The notes: a model not told the origin generated them from the letters alone. Positions 52,181 through 60,618 are shown, numbered from the stretch's first letter. The stretch: 64,000 nt of DNA from an uncultured Alphaproteobacteria bacterium (GCA_963754625.1 CAVWGR010000001.1:129513-193512); one strand, 5' to 3'. Made by a program: numbers and translations.

Positions 52181-53408
52181 TCATTGTTGTCCTGGCAACA
52201 GGTGCTTGATGGCCGGGGCCATTGTTTGGGCAAGGGCTTGCTGGCCGGTGGCGGTGAAATGGACGTTTGACGGAAAGAACGCGGCCGGGCCGGTGCTGAT
52301 GGCTTCGGTGTAGGCCGGCGTCTCATCAATAAAATCAAATCCGATGACGGAGGCTGCGCTGGCCAGCCAGTCGCGTTGCATGCCGTGCAGGTTTGCCATG
52401 ACCGGGGCAATGGCCGGATCGTTGAAGTTGGTCGCATTGCCGTAGGCGGTATAGGCTGCGGGTGTCAGCATGACGACTGGCCTGAACGCATTCGCGCGCG
52501 CCAGTTTGACAAACTCGAGCAGCGGGGCACGGCAACTTTCGATCAGGGCAGGAGTTGCTTGCAGCTGGCGCGCCAGTTTCAGTTCATCGAGATCACCGTT
52601 GCGGATATTGAAACCCACGGGTTTGCCCTGCACAGCTGCTGCAAACCGGAAGTCTTCCGAAGCTGATCGCTTCAGGTATTTCACCAGGGCGTTGCCGCCT
52701 GCATAGATGAAATTGAGAGCGTAGCTGTAGCGCATGGGATTGATGGCGGAGGAGCGGCGTTCGACGGCTGCGCCACTGCCCGACTTCAGGAATTCCTCGT
52801 GCAGCAGGCAATCCCGCACGTCATTGGACTCGGCGTAGGCCATGACAACGATGCGTGGTTTGAGGGCCAAGCCATGGGCGCGCAACACTTCGACGTAGTC
52901 ATAGGGTCCGGCACCACCGACGGTCATATTGTAAGTCTTGAAACCCGCAACCTTGCCAAGTTGCGCAGCAAAGGTCTGGTCCGGGCGCACGCCGGTGCAG
53001 CTTGGAACCGAACCTCCGAGGACCAGGACATCGATTGGTGCTGCTTCAAAGGCACCGGGTGGATTGCAGAATCCATAGGCATCCGAGTGTTTGCACTTCG
53101 AGTGCGCCCGCCTCGCGGTCGGCGGCATCGGCGGGCCAAAGATAGGTGGCATTCGGCTCGAAGAGGGCAATGTCGCGGCCGCCATCCTGGCGTGATGCCG
53201 ATGGCAGGATGCGGTACTCACGCGCTGTCGGCAGGCCAATGACTGCCGCAATGTCGGCCCGCAGATCGGGGTCGAACCTGGCGAGGAACGGCAAGCTGAT
53301 GAGGCCGGGGGACATGCGCAGGGCAACCTCGAACAGTCCAAGGCCACATGCCAACATGATGATCCAGACCGCAATGGTCTTGCCCCAGTCGGATTTGTAC
53401 TGCGTCAT
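52181..53408 (-). CDS. Membrane-anchored SGNH/GDSL-like hydrolase, frameshift near 53084
   Basis: N-terminal TM, VLVLGGSVPSC (block I), ESND (block III), FPSNVHFT (block V). Frames join as EVQTL-DAYGFCN. Confidence 0.65.
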
Positions 53409-53434
53409 GGTCGCGAATATCTCCTGTCGAATAC

Positions 53435-54613
53435 TTATACGCGGCGCGCGGTGCGTTGTGCGGCCCAGAGGATCAGGCCGGCAATCAGGCCCCAGAACGC
53501 AGCCCCGATGCCGAACAGCGAAATGCCGGATGCGGTGGTCAGAAATGTGACAAGGGCGGCTTCAATCTCGCGCGGTTCTTTCATCATGGCGGAGATACTG
53601 CCGGTGAGCGGGCCAAAAAGAGCGAGCCCGGCGATTGCTGTCACAACATCCTTTGGCAGCGCGCCGAGGAGCGACACGAAGGTTCCGGCGGCAAGACCGA
53701 AAATCACATAGAGCGCGGCGTAGGGATAGATCATTTTCCAGCGCTGGCCCGGATCGGGATGGGCGTCGGGACCCGCCACCAGTGACGCAGTGATCGCCGC
53801 CATGTTGATGGCGTGGCTGCCGAAGGGGGCTGCCAGGATTGAGCCGATACCCGTCACCAGCAAACACGCCGTTACCGGCGGCTGGTAGCCGTTGGCGCGC
53901 AATACGGCAAAGCCTGGCAGGTTCTGCGATGCCATGGTGACGAAATAGAGCGGGATGCCAAGACTGACGATGACGCCCAGGTTCCACACGGGCCAATCAA
54001 ATGTCAGCGGTGTGACGGCAACGCTGATCGCTTGGCTGAAGGCCCCGGCAAGACCCGCGAGGACAAGGCCGAGCGCCACGATGATCGGCACGGAATACAT
54101 CGGCACGACAAAGCGCAAGGCGAAGAAGGCAAGGATCAGCGGCACCACCAGATGCGGCGAGGACAGTGCCGCCGCCGGCACACCCAGCACATAACGCAGC
54201 AGCACGCCGGCCAGCATGGCGGCGGCGATGCTGGCGGGCATGCGTTCGATGGCGCGGGCCAGCGGGGTGATGACAGCGGTCAGCACCATCAGTGCGCCCG
54301 CCACCATGAAAGCGGCAATGGCCTGCGGGAAGGTGATGCCAAGGGCACTCGTTGCCATCAGCACTGCGCCCGGCGTCGACCAGGCGATAACGATCGGCAT
54401 GCGATAGCGCACTGCCAGAATGGTGGAGCCGATGGCCATGGCAAAGCAGAGAATCGCAGCAACCGAGGCCTGCTGTGCCGGGTTGGCTCCGGCGGCGCGG
54501 GCGCCTTCGATCACCACCAGAATCGTTGACGCAAAGCCGACGATCACCGCTGCTGTGGCAGACGAAAAGAGCGAGCCCCAGTGGTTGTCTTTGCTGGCGA
54601 TTGTCCCGGTCAT
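53435..54613 (-). CDS. BenE family (benzoate/H+ symporter-like) transporter
   Basis: VGFAST, AWSTPG, VTMASQNLPG, INMAAITA, GIGAAFWGL. Confidence 0.9.
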   Translation of the reverse strand: MTGTIASKDNHWGSLFSSATAAVIVGFASTILVVIEGARAAGANPAQQASVAAILCFAMAIGSTILAVRYRMPIVIAWSTPGAVLMATSALGITFPQAIAAFMVAGALMVLTAVITPLARAIERMPASIAAAMLAGVLLRYVLGVPAAALSSPHLVVPLILAFFALRFVVPMYSVPIIVALGLVLAGLAGAFSQAISVAVTPLTFDWPVWNLGVIVSLGIPLYFVTMASQNLPGFAVLRANGYQPPVTACLLVTGIGSILAAPFGSHAINMAAITASLVAGPDAHPDPGQRWKMIYPYAALYVIFGLAAGTFVSLLGALPKDVVTAIAGLALFGPLTGSISAMMKEPREIEAALVTFLTTASGISLFGIGAAFWGLIAGLILWAAQRTARRV

Positions 54614-55074
54614 GGCAGCGGTACCTCGGGATCGTCCTTGGCGACATGCAGGATGAGCGAAGTCTTCACGCTTTCAACATTGGGGGCTTTGGCAAGCGCG
54701 CCCATGACAAAGGCCTGGATCGATTGCAGGTCGCGTGCCACACATTTGAGGATGAAGTCGGCGTCGCCGGAAACCGCATGGCATTCCCGCACAATGGGCC
54801 AGCCTTTGACGCGGCGCTCGAAATCAGCCATTTCGCTCTGTGCCTGGCTGCGGAGACCAACCATGGCGAAAAGCTTGACCCCGTAGTCCAACATCTCGGC
54901 ATCAAGCTGGGCCCGGTAGCCTTTGATGTAACCAGCCTTTTCGAGAACCTGAACGCGGCGCAAGGTGGGAGGCGGCGACAGCCCCACCCGGGTGGCGAGG
55001 TCGACGTTGGTAACTCGCCCGTCTTTCTGCAACTCGCGGAGTATCTTCCAGTCGATGGTATCAAGCTTGGCCAT
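54610..55074 (-). CDS. Lrp/AsnC family regulator
   Basis: LDTIDWKILRELQKDGR, VGLSPPPTLRRV, SGDADFILK. ATGA overlap with the BenE gene. Confidence 0.93.
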   Translation of the reverse strand: MAKLDTIDWKILRELQKDGRVTNVDLATRVGLSPPPTLRRVQVLEKAGYIKGYRAQLDAEMLDYGVKLFAMVGLRSQAQSEMADFERRVKGWPIVRECHAVSGDADFILKCVARDLQSIQAFVMGALAKAPNVESVKTSLILHVAKDDPEVPLP

Positions 55075-55123
55075 TGCGTCGGCTCTATACGCAATAAAAT
55101 TTCGCGGTGGAAGCAGTGCCTGA

Positions 55124-55305
55124 AAAGAAAAACCCCGGCTTTGGGCCGGGGCAAGGTTCAGGCGGGGTCGGGATCACGTTGCAGGGGATCGGAGCGCCTG
55201 GGGCCTTTTGGGGAGAGTAGTTTGGAAGACATAGAGAGGAGCCGGGGCCAGCCTTGGGTCTGGCGAGGGGGCGGGTTATCAGGCCTTTGACCTTGCCCCG
55301 GCTCC
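55124..55305 (-). ncRNA. Candidate 3'UTR structured RNA, copy A (three hairpins, the last a terminator)
   Basis: 11-bp stem 55238-48/55295-305, 6-bp stem 55159-64/55195-200, and terminator CCCCGGC/GCCGGGG with a U-tract. Conserved with copy B. Confidence 0.6.
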
Positions 55306-55348
55306 AACATCCGCGCTGCCGTCCAGCGCACGGACGTATTCGAATGGG

Positions 55349-55537
55349 TTATTCTTCTGAGCAATCCTCGTTGGCACAAGGCTCAAGCTCGATTTCACCG
55401 AACTGCGGGAAGGCCTGGTTCTTGGCGATCACCGTGGTGTGGGCCGGATTGGAAATCTGCTCAGCCGGCGCGATAGAGGCAACGGCGGTGGCGGCAGAAC
55501 CGATAACGGCGAGAACGAAGAGTGTGTAGCGGATCAT
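55349..55537 (-). CDS. 62-aa secreted peptide with C-terminal C-x4-C, copy A
   Basis: AGGGAGG RBS. MIRYTLFVLAVIGSAATAVA...FGEIELEPCANEDCSEE. Confidence 0.85.
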   Translation of the reverse strand: MIRYTLFVLAVIGSAATAVASIAPAEQISNPAHTTVIAKNQAFPQFGEIELEPCANEDCSEE

Positions 55538-55587
55538 TGTGAACCTCCCTGGTTCGGTTGTTGGGAGAACCATAGGCCGCGCCAGAC

Positions 55588-55613
55588 GAACCCACGCTGA
55601 ATGAGCCGTTCAT
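55588..55613 (-). promoter_or_regulatory. ATGAAC-N5-RTTCAG-N3-GGGTTC motif, copy 2
   Basis: Minus strand ATGAACGGCTCATTCAGCGTGGGTTC. Confidence 0.65.
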
Positions 55614-55690
55614 CTGGCGTTTAGATTCAGGAAATCTTGGGTGGCCTGCAAATTTCTCAGCGGTGAAATGGATTGCGCCATCCCCACAAC

Positions 55691-55840
55691 AGAAAACCCC
55701 GGCTTTTCGGGCCGGGGCACCTGACAGGGCGGGATCACTTTGCAGGGGATCGGGGAGCCTGTCGGGAGAAGTTGGAACCGGGGCCTGCCTTGGGACTGAC
55801 GAGGGGGCGGGTTAATCGGCCTTTGGGAAGGCCCCGGTTC
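55691..55840 (-). ncRNA. Candidate 3'UTR structured RNA, copy B
   Basis: 12-bp stem 55775-86/55829-40, a GACAGG/CCTGTC stem, and a terminator hairpin with a U-tract. Confidence 0.6.
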
Positions 55841-55884
55841 TTTTCGCCATTCAACTCTTGCGAGCCGGACAGCGAAACTCAAAT

Positions 55885-56073
55885 TCATTCCTCAGAGCAA
55901 TCCTCCACGGCACATTCCTCGATAATGAGGTCGCCGAACTGCGGGAAAGCCTGATTTTTAGCCACCACCGTAATATTGGCGGGGCTGGACGTTTGGGTTG
56001 TTGGAGCGATCGAGGCGATGGCCGTTGCGGCGGAACCAATCACTGCGAGAGCAAAGAGTGTGTACCTAGTCAT
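55885..56073 (-). CDS. 62-aa secreted peptide with C-terminal C-x4-C, copy B
   Basis: AGGAGG RBS. MTRYTLFALAVIGSAATAIA...FGDLIIEECAVEDCSEE; 46/62 identical to copy A. Confidence 0.85.
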   Translation of the reverse strand: MTRYTLFALAVIGSAATAIASIAPTTQTSSPANITVVAKNQAFPQFGDLIIEECAVEDCSEE

Positions 56074-56135
56074 CTTGAACCTCCTTTCGGTCCTGTAAGC
56101 CTTGAACTTGGCAATGGTTCTATTGGATCCATCAC

Positions 56136-56161
56136 GAACCCGTGCTGAACGCGCTGTTCAT
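56136..56161 (-). promoter_or_regulatory. ATGAAC-N5-RTTCAG-N3-GGGTTC motif, copy 3
   Basis: Minus strand ATGAACAGCGCGTTCAGCACGGGTTC. Confidence 0.65.
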
Positions 56162-56245
56162 CTGGCGTTAACCTTTGCAATCTCGAAAAAAGCCGTGATT
56201 GCAACAGAAAATCCTGCTTTTCTCATTGCTTAGGGAGAACCTGTC

Positions 56246-57664
56246 ATGGACAACGCGTTGCATTGGCTGTCGGCCGCGAAGTTGAACAAGGGCTATCGCA
56301 AGAAAAAATTTTCGCCCGTGGAGGTTGCGATGGCGTGCCTTGGGCGGATGGCGGCGCATGAAAAGACCCTCAATGCCATGGCATTGATCGACGAGCCTGT
56401 GACCCTCGCCATGGCCAAAGCCAGTGCCAGACGCTGGAAAAAGGGTAAACCGCTGTCGCCCCTTGATGGCGTGCCGGTGCTGATCAAGGACCTGCTGCTG
56501 GTCAAGGGCTGGCCAACACTGCGCGGTTCGCGCCTCACCGATCGTAACCAGCCGTGGGAACATGATGCGCCGTGCGTGGCGCGGCTGCGCGCGGCAGGTG
56601 CGGTATTTCTGGGGCTCACCACCACGCCGGAATTCGGCTGGAAGGGGGTCACGGATTCGCCGCTCACCGGCGTTACCCGCAATCCGTGGAACCCGGCAAC
56701 CACACCCGGCGGATCATCGGGCGGTTCGGCTGCCGGTTTGGCGGCTGGCTATGCCCCGCTCGCCATCGGCACCGATGGGGGTGGATCAATCCGTATCCCG
56801 GCGGGTTTCACCGGCACGTTCGGCCACAAACCATCTTTCGGGCGGGTGCCGGCCTGGCCACTGTCACCCTTTGGCACGGTGGCCCATGTCGGACCGATGA
56901 CGCGGCGTGTGAAAGATGCTGCCTTGATGCTCAATATCATGGCGCAACCTGACAACCGTGACTGGTTCTCATTGCCTTATGATGGTGCCGACTACAGCAA
57001 GGGCCTGGGCCAGAGTTTGGGCAAGAGCGTCAAGGGTCTGCGCATCGCCTACAGCCCACGCCTCGGCTACGTTGATGTTGATCCTGAAATCGCCGCGCTG
57101 GTGCAGCGGGCGGTCGGGGTGCTGTCAGATCTCGGTGCCAAGGTCGAGGAAGTTGATCCCGGTTTCAGCGATCCTGCTGAGTGTTTCCGTGTCTTGTGGT
57201 TCTCGGCTGCGCGCAACATGCTGGGGCAATTGCCGCCGGAGAAGAAGGCGTTGCTTGATCCGGCGTTGGCGGACGTGGTGGAACAGGCAGCATCGATCAC
57301 CGTGCAGGACATTTTCGAGGCCAACCGCACGCGCGGACTGTTGGGCACGCAGATGCGCCTGTTCATGGAGAAGCATGATGTGCTGGTGACACCGACACTG
57401 CCCATCCCTGCGTTTGGTGCCGGGCTGTTGCAACCGGCTGACCCCGACAGCAAAGGCAAGTGGGTGAACTGGACGCCCTTCACCTATCCCTTCAACCTGA
57501 CACAGCAACCTGCGGCGAGTGTGCCTTGCGGTTTCACTGCGGCTGGTCTGCCTGCGGGCCTGCATGTCATTGGCCGGATGTTCGATGACAAGACCGTGCT
57601 GAAGGTTTGTGCAGCGTATGAACGGGCAACGGATTTCCACAAGGCGCGGCCCGCCGGATTTTGA
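56246..57664 (+). CDS. Amidase signature family protein
   Basis: GVPVLIKDL, PGGSSGGS, GTDGGGSIRIPA. Confidence 0.92.
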   Translation: MDNALHWLSAAKLNKGYRKKKFSPVEVAMACLGRMAAHEKTLNAMALIDEPVTLAMAKASARRWKKGKPLSPLDGVPVLIKDLLLVKGWPTLRGSRLTDRNQPWEHDAPCVARLRAAGAVFLGLTTTPEFGWKGVTDSPLTGVTRNPWNPATTPGGSSGGSAAGLAAGYAPLAIGTDGGGSIRIPAGFTGTFGHKPSFGRVPAWPLSPFGTVAHVGPMTRRVKDAALMLNIMAQPDNRDWFSLPYDGADYSKGLGQSLGKSVKGLRIAYSPRLGYVDVDPEIAALVQRAVGVLSDLGAKVEEVDPGFSDPAECFRVLWFSAARNMLGQLPPEKKALLDPALADVVEQAASITVQDIFEANRTRGLLGTQMRLFMEKHDVLVTPTLPIPAFGAGLLQPADPDSKGKWVNWTPFTYPFNLTQQPAASVPCGFTAAGLPAGLHVIGRMFDDKTVLKVCAAYERATDFHKARPAGF

Positions 57665-57788
57665 TTTCGCAAATCGCGTGATGCGCGCCGTTTTTGGCCG
57701 TTGGACAGGGAATGCCTGCCTGCTATGACTTGCCCTTCGGGCGGACGGACAAGCATTCCGCGCCCACGCAAGAGCAATGGAGCGGCAC

Positions 57789-57986
57789 ATGATGAAGCGC
57801 ACACTTTCGACAATCCTCATTCTCGCAGCAACGGCTGGCAGCGCCTTCGCCCATCCCGGCGATCATGCGTTCTCGTTGATCGGCAGTCTTGCCCATCTGC
57901 TGACCGAGCCGGATCATCTGGCCATGATGATTGTCGCCGCCGCTGCCGCCTATGGCCTCTGGCGCTGGACCCGCGCCAAGGCCTGA
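57789..57986 (+). CDS. Small HupE/UreJ-like N-terminal protein
   Basis: Signal peptide, AHPGDH, then HLLTEPDHL and one TM segment (65 aa). Confidence 0.6.
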   Translation: MMKRTLSTILILAATAGSAFAHPGDHAFSLIGSLAHLLTEPDHLAMMIVAAAAAYGLWRWTRAKA

Positions 57987-58064
57987 ACCGGACCTGGGCC
58001 GAGGCTTGGCTTCTCCCAAAACACTGCGCATTGCCTGCACTGCCCAATCATGATTTGAAGGGGC

Positions 58065-59081
58065 ATGAAGCTTCTCACTTGTTCGCGCACAAATCACGTT
58101 GATGTTGTTGACGTTGCCGCCCCGGTTGCGGGGCCGGGCGATATTCTGGTGCGCATGCGTGCCTGTGGCATCTGCGGCACCGACCTGATGAAGGTCTATG
58201 ACGCCGACACGCCCAAGCCCGTGCAACTGGGCCACGAGATCGTCGGGACCGTTGCCGCCGTCGGCACTGGCGTCACCCGCTTCACGCCGGGCCAGCGCGT
58301 CGCCGTCGCCCATCACTCCCCCGACTATGGTTCGCACTACACCCGCCGTGGCAGCGCCACGCAGGACCCGCAGTTCAAGTCGAGCAACGTTGCTCCCGGA
58401 GGTTTTGCCGAAGTGGTTCGCGTGCCTGCTGACCTTGTGCCGCATACCGTCGTGCCAGTGCCTGATCATGTACCAGACCTGCGCGCCGTGTTCATGGAGC
58501 CGCTGGCCTGTTGCCTGCGCGCGTTGGAGCGGGTCAAGATCAGCGAGGGTGATACGGTGCTGATCGTCGGCGTCGGTGCCATCGGGGCGCTGTTCCTGCC
58601 GCTGCTGCGCGACCGCAGTGTGAATGTTGTGGCGGCGGACACACGCGCCGAACGCCTCGACGTGGCAACGCAATGGGGCGCGACGGCGACCATGCTGGTG
58701 GGCCGCGATGATGTGGCTGTGGGCACCAAAGCGTTGAGTGGCGGACGTGGCGCTGATCTCGTCATCCTCACCGCCACCAATCCGGCGACGATTGCGTTGG
58801 CGCTGGCCAGCGTGCGTGACGGCGGCACCATCATGCCCTTCGGCGTCAAGCCCGGCATGATGCCGGCAGTTGACCTGTGGCAGCTCTACCGCCGCGAAGT
58901 GAGCCTGGTCACCAGCTACTCCGCCACCCCCGAAGGCCTGGCACGGGCGATGGCGATCTTGTCCCGCCATGACTACGCGCTGGAAAAAACCGTGAGCCAC
59001 CAGTTCAGCATTGCAGACGCAGGGCAGGGGTTTGCACTGCTGCACGACATGAAAGCGTCGAAGGTGGTGGTGACGGGGTGA
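58065..59081 (+). CDS. Zinc-dependent alcohol/sorbitol dehydrogenase family
   Basis: GICGTD, LGHE, MEPLACC, IVGVGAIG. Confidence 0.9.
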   Translation: MKLLTCSRTNHVDVVDVAAPVAGPGDILVRMRACGICGTDLMKVYDADTPKPVQLGHEIVGTVAAVGTGVTRFTPGQRVAVAHHSPDYGSHYTRRGSATQDPQFKSSNVAPGGFAEVVRVPADLVPHTVVPVPDHVPDLRAVFMEPLACCLRALERVKISEGDTVLIVGVGAIGALFLPLLRDRSVNVVAADTRAERLDVATQWGATATMLVGRDDVAVGTKALSGGRGADLVILTATNPATIALALASVRDGGTIMPFGVKPGMMPAVDLWQLYRREVSLVTSYSATPEGLARAMAILSRHDYALEKTVSHQFSIADAGQGFALLHDMKASKVVVTG

Positions 59082-59533
59082 TCAGAAAGGCAACACCGTC
59101 AGACGAACACGCCATTCGTGAATGTGCGATGGCCGCCTACGGCAGATACGTTGCAGCAATCGGCCGCCAGCCCGCACCGATGACGGCTGACTATGCTGAG
59201 CATATTGCACGGGGCGAGGTGCATGTGGCTGTCGATGACGCGGATGCGTTGCTGGGCTTCATCGTTTTCTTTTCCGAGGGTGAACACATGCAACTCGAAA
59301 ATGTCGCCGTGCAAACCACCGCTGCCGGAAAGGGCATTGGCAAGACGCTGATCCAGTTCTGCGAAACCGAAGCCCGCCGCCTTGGTTTCACGACCGTGCA
59401 CCTCTACACCAACGAGAAGATGACAGAGAACCTGTCGCTCTATCCCCACCTCGGATACAGCGAAGTTGCGCGGCGCACGGAACACGGCTTCAACCGGGTG
59501 TTCTTTGAGAAGGTGGTGGGGCGACAAGGTTGA
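59078..59533 (+). CDS. GNAT acetyltransferase
   Basis: LENVAV...GKGIGKTL, LYTNEKMTENLSLY. Confidence 0.9.
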   Translation: MIRKATPSDEHAIRECAMAAYGRYVAAIGRQPAPMTADYAEHIARGEVHVAVDDADALLGFIVFFSEGEHMQLENVAVQTTAAGKGIGKTLIQFCETEARRLGFTTVHLYTNEKMTENLSLYPHLGYSEVARRTEHGFNRVFFEKVVGRQG

Positions 59534-59694
59534 GTGCACTGTCACCGTCACGCGGTTAATACACTGTCACCGTAATAACACCGTAATAACTGAATGCACT
59601 GTCGCCGTAATAACAAGGTTGAGTGGACTGTCACCGTAATAACTGTCACCGTAATACGTCACCGTAATACTGTCACCGTAATACCACCGTAATA
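59524..59694. repeat. Irregular array of ACTGTCACCGTAATA-type short repeats
   Basis: Eight CCGTAATA cores (59570, 59581, 59605, 59634, 59649, 59662, 59676, 59687), one degenerate core, and two ACAAGGTTGAGTG copies. Confidence 0.9.
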
Positions 59695-59760
59695 CCGGCA
59701 GACGTGGGAATCTACGAGACAGAGCGCAACTTGGACAATTGGATCGGAGCCGGGGAAGAT

Positions 59761-60534
59761 CTACGGCTGCTTTTGTTCTTCAGTGTTTGGAATGGGTTGA
59801 CCTACCCGATCTTCGTCTTTCTTGATCCAAGTCAGTCTCTTGTCCCGTTCTACCTTGGCCATTTTGTCAGCCTCCTCTCTCAGACCTCGCCACTTCGGTG
59901 CTGTTTCACTGAGCCACTTTTTGGCTGCCTGTTTCGTCTTGATGTGGAGATCACGGAATGTCTCATCCTTAGGCCTTGTCGGAAAATGGGTTGAAATGTT
60001 GTAGTTCTCTGTTCCGCCAAAGAAGTTGGGAACATCAATCCAATGGTTCACGAAATGCGCTTGGGAAATATCCACCAAAGGATAAGCTGCCTTCAGGTCT
60101 GCTGGCACTTGGTGACAGCCAAATCTCCCCAAAAACGGCAGAGTTCCGTCCACACCAGATTGGCGCATCGCATCAATGAAATCGAGGGACTCAAAACTAT
60201 CGTTGCCAAATTTCCAACCGTGGCGCGATTGGGCAAGTTTGGCCAAGTCAGCCAAGCTGAACAAGTCTTGTTCTAAATTCAGCCGCCGCAATACAAACGG
60301 TCTTAAGTCGGTCCAAACGACCCACAGAACCAAAAGTCCTGAGAACACCTTGAAAGCCAGAAGCTGGTCAACCATGGCAAACAATTTCTGCCATGGCTTG
60401 AGTGCTTCGCCACTGCTAAGAATATCCTGCGGCAGCCAGAACATAGTGAAAAGAACCAGCACCACGCTGATCGCTTTCCAGAACGATTTTAGAAACCATG
60501 TCACCCCGCCACCTTGCCGCAAATCCGGGATCAA
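59761..60534 (-). CDS. Hypothetical membrane protein (visibly lower GC)
   Basis: 257-aa ORF with two N-terminal TM segments. GTG at 60504 is an alternative start. No family recognised. Confidence 0.6.
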   Translation of the reverse strand: MIPDLRQGGGVTWFLKSFWKAISVVLVLFTMFWLPQDILSSGEALKPWQKLFAMVDQLLAFKVFSGLLVLWVVWTDLRPFVLRRLNLEQDLFSLADLAKLAQSRHGWKFGNDSFESLDFIDAMRQSGVDGTLPFLGRFGCHQVPADLKAAYPLVDISQAHFVNHWIDVPNFFGGTENYNISTHFPTRPKDETFRDLHIKTKQAAKKWLSETAPKWRGLREEADKMAKVERDKRLTWIKKDEDRVGQPIPNTEEQKQP

Positions 60535-60618
60535 GTGGAGTCCTGCTGCAACTGGGCGGCCTCAATGCGTTGGCCCGCCCTCGGCGTTCCTGCGCTTGAT
60601 ACATAAGGCCGAAAAGTT

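Noticed and set aside
55124-55840. Cuckoo/CcsR sRNA or type I toxin-antitoxin assignment
   Set aside because: The CCUCCUCCC loop motif is absent. The RNA element is on the same strand downstream of the ORF rather than antisense, and the peptides are acidic and secreted rather than cationic membrane toxins.
55349-56073. RiPP precursor cluster
   Set aside because: No radical SAM, YcaO, lanthionine synthetase, peptidase or exporter gene is adjacent.
59524-59694. CRISPR array
   Set aside because: Repeats are 10-15 nt and nested, there are no unique constant-length spacers, and no cas genes are in the window.
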